From NCBI GenBank assembly GCA_963790475.1, contig CAWBOS010000006.1:96001-160000 (forward strand): a stretch of DNA of 64,000 nucleotides, given 5' to 3'. This DNA is from an uncultured delta proteobacterium (GTDB lineage: Bacteria > Desulfobacterota > RBG-13-43-22). A program made the translations under genes and the position numbers. Below, piece after piece: positions 61,652 to 64,000 of this stretch (its first letter is position 1; every line of letters begins with the position of its first letter). Under the pieces are notes generated by a model. That model was not told where the DNA came from and did no database searches. It worked only from the letters and a program-made list of their open reading frames with translations.

Positions 61652-62143
61652 ATGAAGATGAATCCTGATTTGATTTCTCCATGTGGTCTTTATTGCGGAG
61701 TCTGTGCCATTTATATCGCTTATCAGGATAATAATCAGAAATTTAAAGAGCGGTTAGTTAATCTTTACCAGGGAGAAGTTCCCGGCAAAGGTGTTCTTCC
61801 TAATAGTGAAAACCTTTCCATAGAAGATATTAAATGCCGTGGCTGCTTATCCGATGAACAATTTATGCATTGCCGACAGTGTGGGATCCGGGCCTGCACA
61901 AGAGAGAAAGGTTACGCCGGATGCCATCAATGCGATGAATTTCCCTGCCGGTATATTGAAGATTTTCCCATGGCCGTCGGCAAAAAGGTTATTTTGCGGG
62001 CTATCCCCTATTGGCGAGAGGTCGGTACTGAAAAATGGGTGCAAGATGAAGAAGCCCGATATGTTTGTCCCGAATGCGGCCATAGAGTTTTCCGGGGAGT
62101 TATAAAGTGTAATCACTGTAAAGTGAAGTTGGATCTGGACTAG
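61652..62143 (+). CDS. DUF3795-like Cys-rich protein
   Basis: PCGLYCGVC, CRGC, C..C.IR.C, CHQCDEFPC, CPEC..CNHC. Confidence 0.8.
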   Translation: MKMNPDLISPCGLYCGVCAIYIAYQDNNQKFKERLVNLYQGEVPGKGVLPNSENLSIEDIKCRGCLSDEQFMHCRQCGIRACTREKGYAGCHQCDEFPCRYIEDFPMAVGKKVILRAIPYWREVGTEKWVQDEEARYVCPECGHRVFRGVIKCNHCKVKLDLD

Positions 62144-62260
62144 TTTTTATTGGTTAGACAAAACGGTTTCGGCTATAACAACATAATTTTCAGGCGAAGG
62201 CAGAGGGGAGAAGCTGCCCCTTTTCCGGTTTCTTAGGTGGGCCAATAAGGAAATAGTAAA

Positions 62261-64000
62261 GTGGAAAAAGAACAAATTGAACAGCTTGGTAAAAGTTTGG
62301 TGGACAGTAATTTTGGGGATGTTATGGTTGTCGGCGGAGGGATCAGCGGTATTCAAGCCTCTCTTGACCTGGCTACTGCCGGTTTTAAGGTTTATCTGGT
62401 TGAGAAGTCACCGGCCATTGGCGGCCATATGGCCCAGCTTGACAAGACCTTTCCTACCAATGACTGCTCCATGTGAATCCTCGCGCCCAAACTGGTCGAG
62501 GTCGGCCGGAATCCCAATATAGAGGTCCTGACTTACACTGAAGTGGACCATGTAGCAGGGGAAGCTGGAAACTTCAAGGTAACCCTGATTAAGAAGCCCA
62601 GATATATTGTTGAGAGCAAGTGCACGGGCTGTACCACCTGCGTAGAATACTGCCCGGTTAAATATCCTGATCCGTTTAATCAGGAAATATCAAAGAATAA
62701 AGCCGTCCATATTTACTTCGCTCAAGCTATTCCCCTGATCACTTATATTGATGAGAGCTGTCTTTACCTTAAAGAGAAGAAATGTCGTATTTGCGAAGCA
62801 GTCTGTAAGAATAAAGCCATAGATTTGAATCAAACGACGGAGAAGATAGAAATCAATATTGGGGCGATCATTCTGTCGCCCGGCCTTGAGCCCTTTGATC
62901 CTAAAGTGAGGGAGGAATATGGCTACGGAAAGATGCAGAACATCGTAACCAGTATGGACTATGAACGGCTGTTATGCGCCACCGGGCCATACGAAGGTGA
63001 AATACTGCGTGCTTCCGACCTGAAACATCCCCATAATATAGCCTGGATTCAATGCGTCGGTTCCAGACGGGTTACCCCTGGGGATAAAAGCTATTGTTCG
63101 GCCGTTTGCTGCACCTATACCCAGAAACAGGTCATTTTAACCAAAGAACATGATGCCGAGGCCGAGTGTACCATATTCCATAACGATATACGTTCCTACG
63201 GGAAGGATTTTGAGCGGTTCTACCAGAGGGCAGAGAAACTTCCTGGTGTTCGATTTATCCGAAGCTTCACCTCGATTGCCAAAGAGAACCCGGAAACCAA
63301 GAATGTGTCCATCCGGTATTCTTCTCCCGAGGGTGGGGTAAGAGAGGAAGAATTCGATTTGGTGGTATTATCCGTGGGCTTGAATCCACCTCCTGATTTT
63401 AAGGGCCTGGCCGATAAGTTCGGCATCGAACTCAATGCCCATGGATTCTGTAAAATCAATCCGGTTAATCCCATGGAAACCTCCCGTGCGGGAATTTTTG
63501 TCAGCGGAGCCTTCCAGGGTCCAACCGATATTCCCGAATCGGTTTTTAGCGCCAGCGGAGCCGGCTCCCAATGCGGAGAACTCCTTGGCTACCGGCGAGG
63601 GAAGCTGGCCAAAGAGAGAGTCTATCCGCCGGAAAGGGATGTCTCCAAAGAGGAGCCAAGGATAGGAGTCTTTGTTTGCCATTGCGGGGCTAATATCGGA
63701 AGAGTAGTCAGTGTTCCTTCCACGGTTGAATATGCCTTAACCTTACCTCATGTGGTCCACGCTCAGGAACAGCTATTTTCATGCGCTACAAATTGTGCCA
63801 AGGAAATAACCGACCTGACCAAGGAAAAAGGGCTCAATCGAGTGGTGGTGGCCGCCTGCAGCCCCAGAACCCTTGAACCGTTATTCAGGGATACCCTTCG
63901 GGAGGCGGGAATTAATCAATACTACTACGACATGGCGAATATCAGGGAACATTGTTCCTGGGTCCATTCTAAAGAAAAGGAAGAAGCCACCCAAAAGGCA
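62261..64000 (+). CDS. bamE: HdrA-like flavoprotein BamE, probable selenoprotein (UGA at 62474-62476); partial, runs off the window
   Basis: [27 protein letters not shown]; the frame continues with [38 protein letters not shown] to 64000. Confidence 0.9.
62492..62509 (+). promoter_or_regulatory. Bacterial SECIS-like hairpin
   Basis: CUGGUCG-AGGU-CGGCCGG stem-loop starting 15 nt after the UGA, with G in the apical loop. Confidence 0.7.

Overview
Chromosomal window from an anaerobic deltaproteobacterium (Desulfobacterota-like; inferred from the Bam genes, repeat families and gene content). In order: a peptide-family ABC operon with GntR and two CoA ligases (0.6-10.9 kb); parAB with a perfect parS site pushed about 1 kb upstream by an internal ISAs1 fragment; a defence island (15.7-28 kb) with a type I R-M system (half-size hsdS, hsdM, rhuM, hsdS frameshifted at an A8 tract, a RAYT with REPs inside the operon, hsdR, M48 peptidase), an AbrB antitoxin with a broken RelE-like toxin, a 57-codon probable BREX-3 fusion scar and Fic; housekeeping genes (SDR, glycosyltransferase, PhoR-like kinase lacking its phospho-His, ElyC-like protein, glgB, GH57, peptidase); a Liv-type ABC operon with an embedded CoA ligase, kup and an acyl-CoA dehydrogenase; and the start of a class II tungsten benzoyl-CoA reductase cluster (bamB, C, D, E). 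bamE has an in-frame UGA followed by a SECIS-like hairpin. The best candidate for an undescribed system is a translationally coupled DUF2080 + degenerate GNAT pair directly upstream of bamB, behind a consensus promoter overlapped by four 11-bp tandem repeats. It may be an acyl-CoA-sensing regulator. All family assignments come from recognising motifs by eye; no database searches were run.
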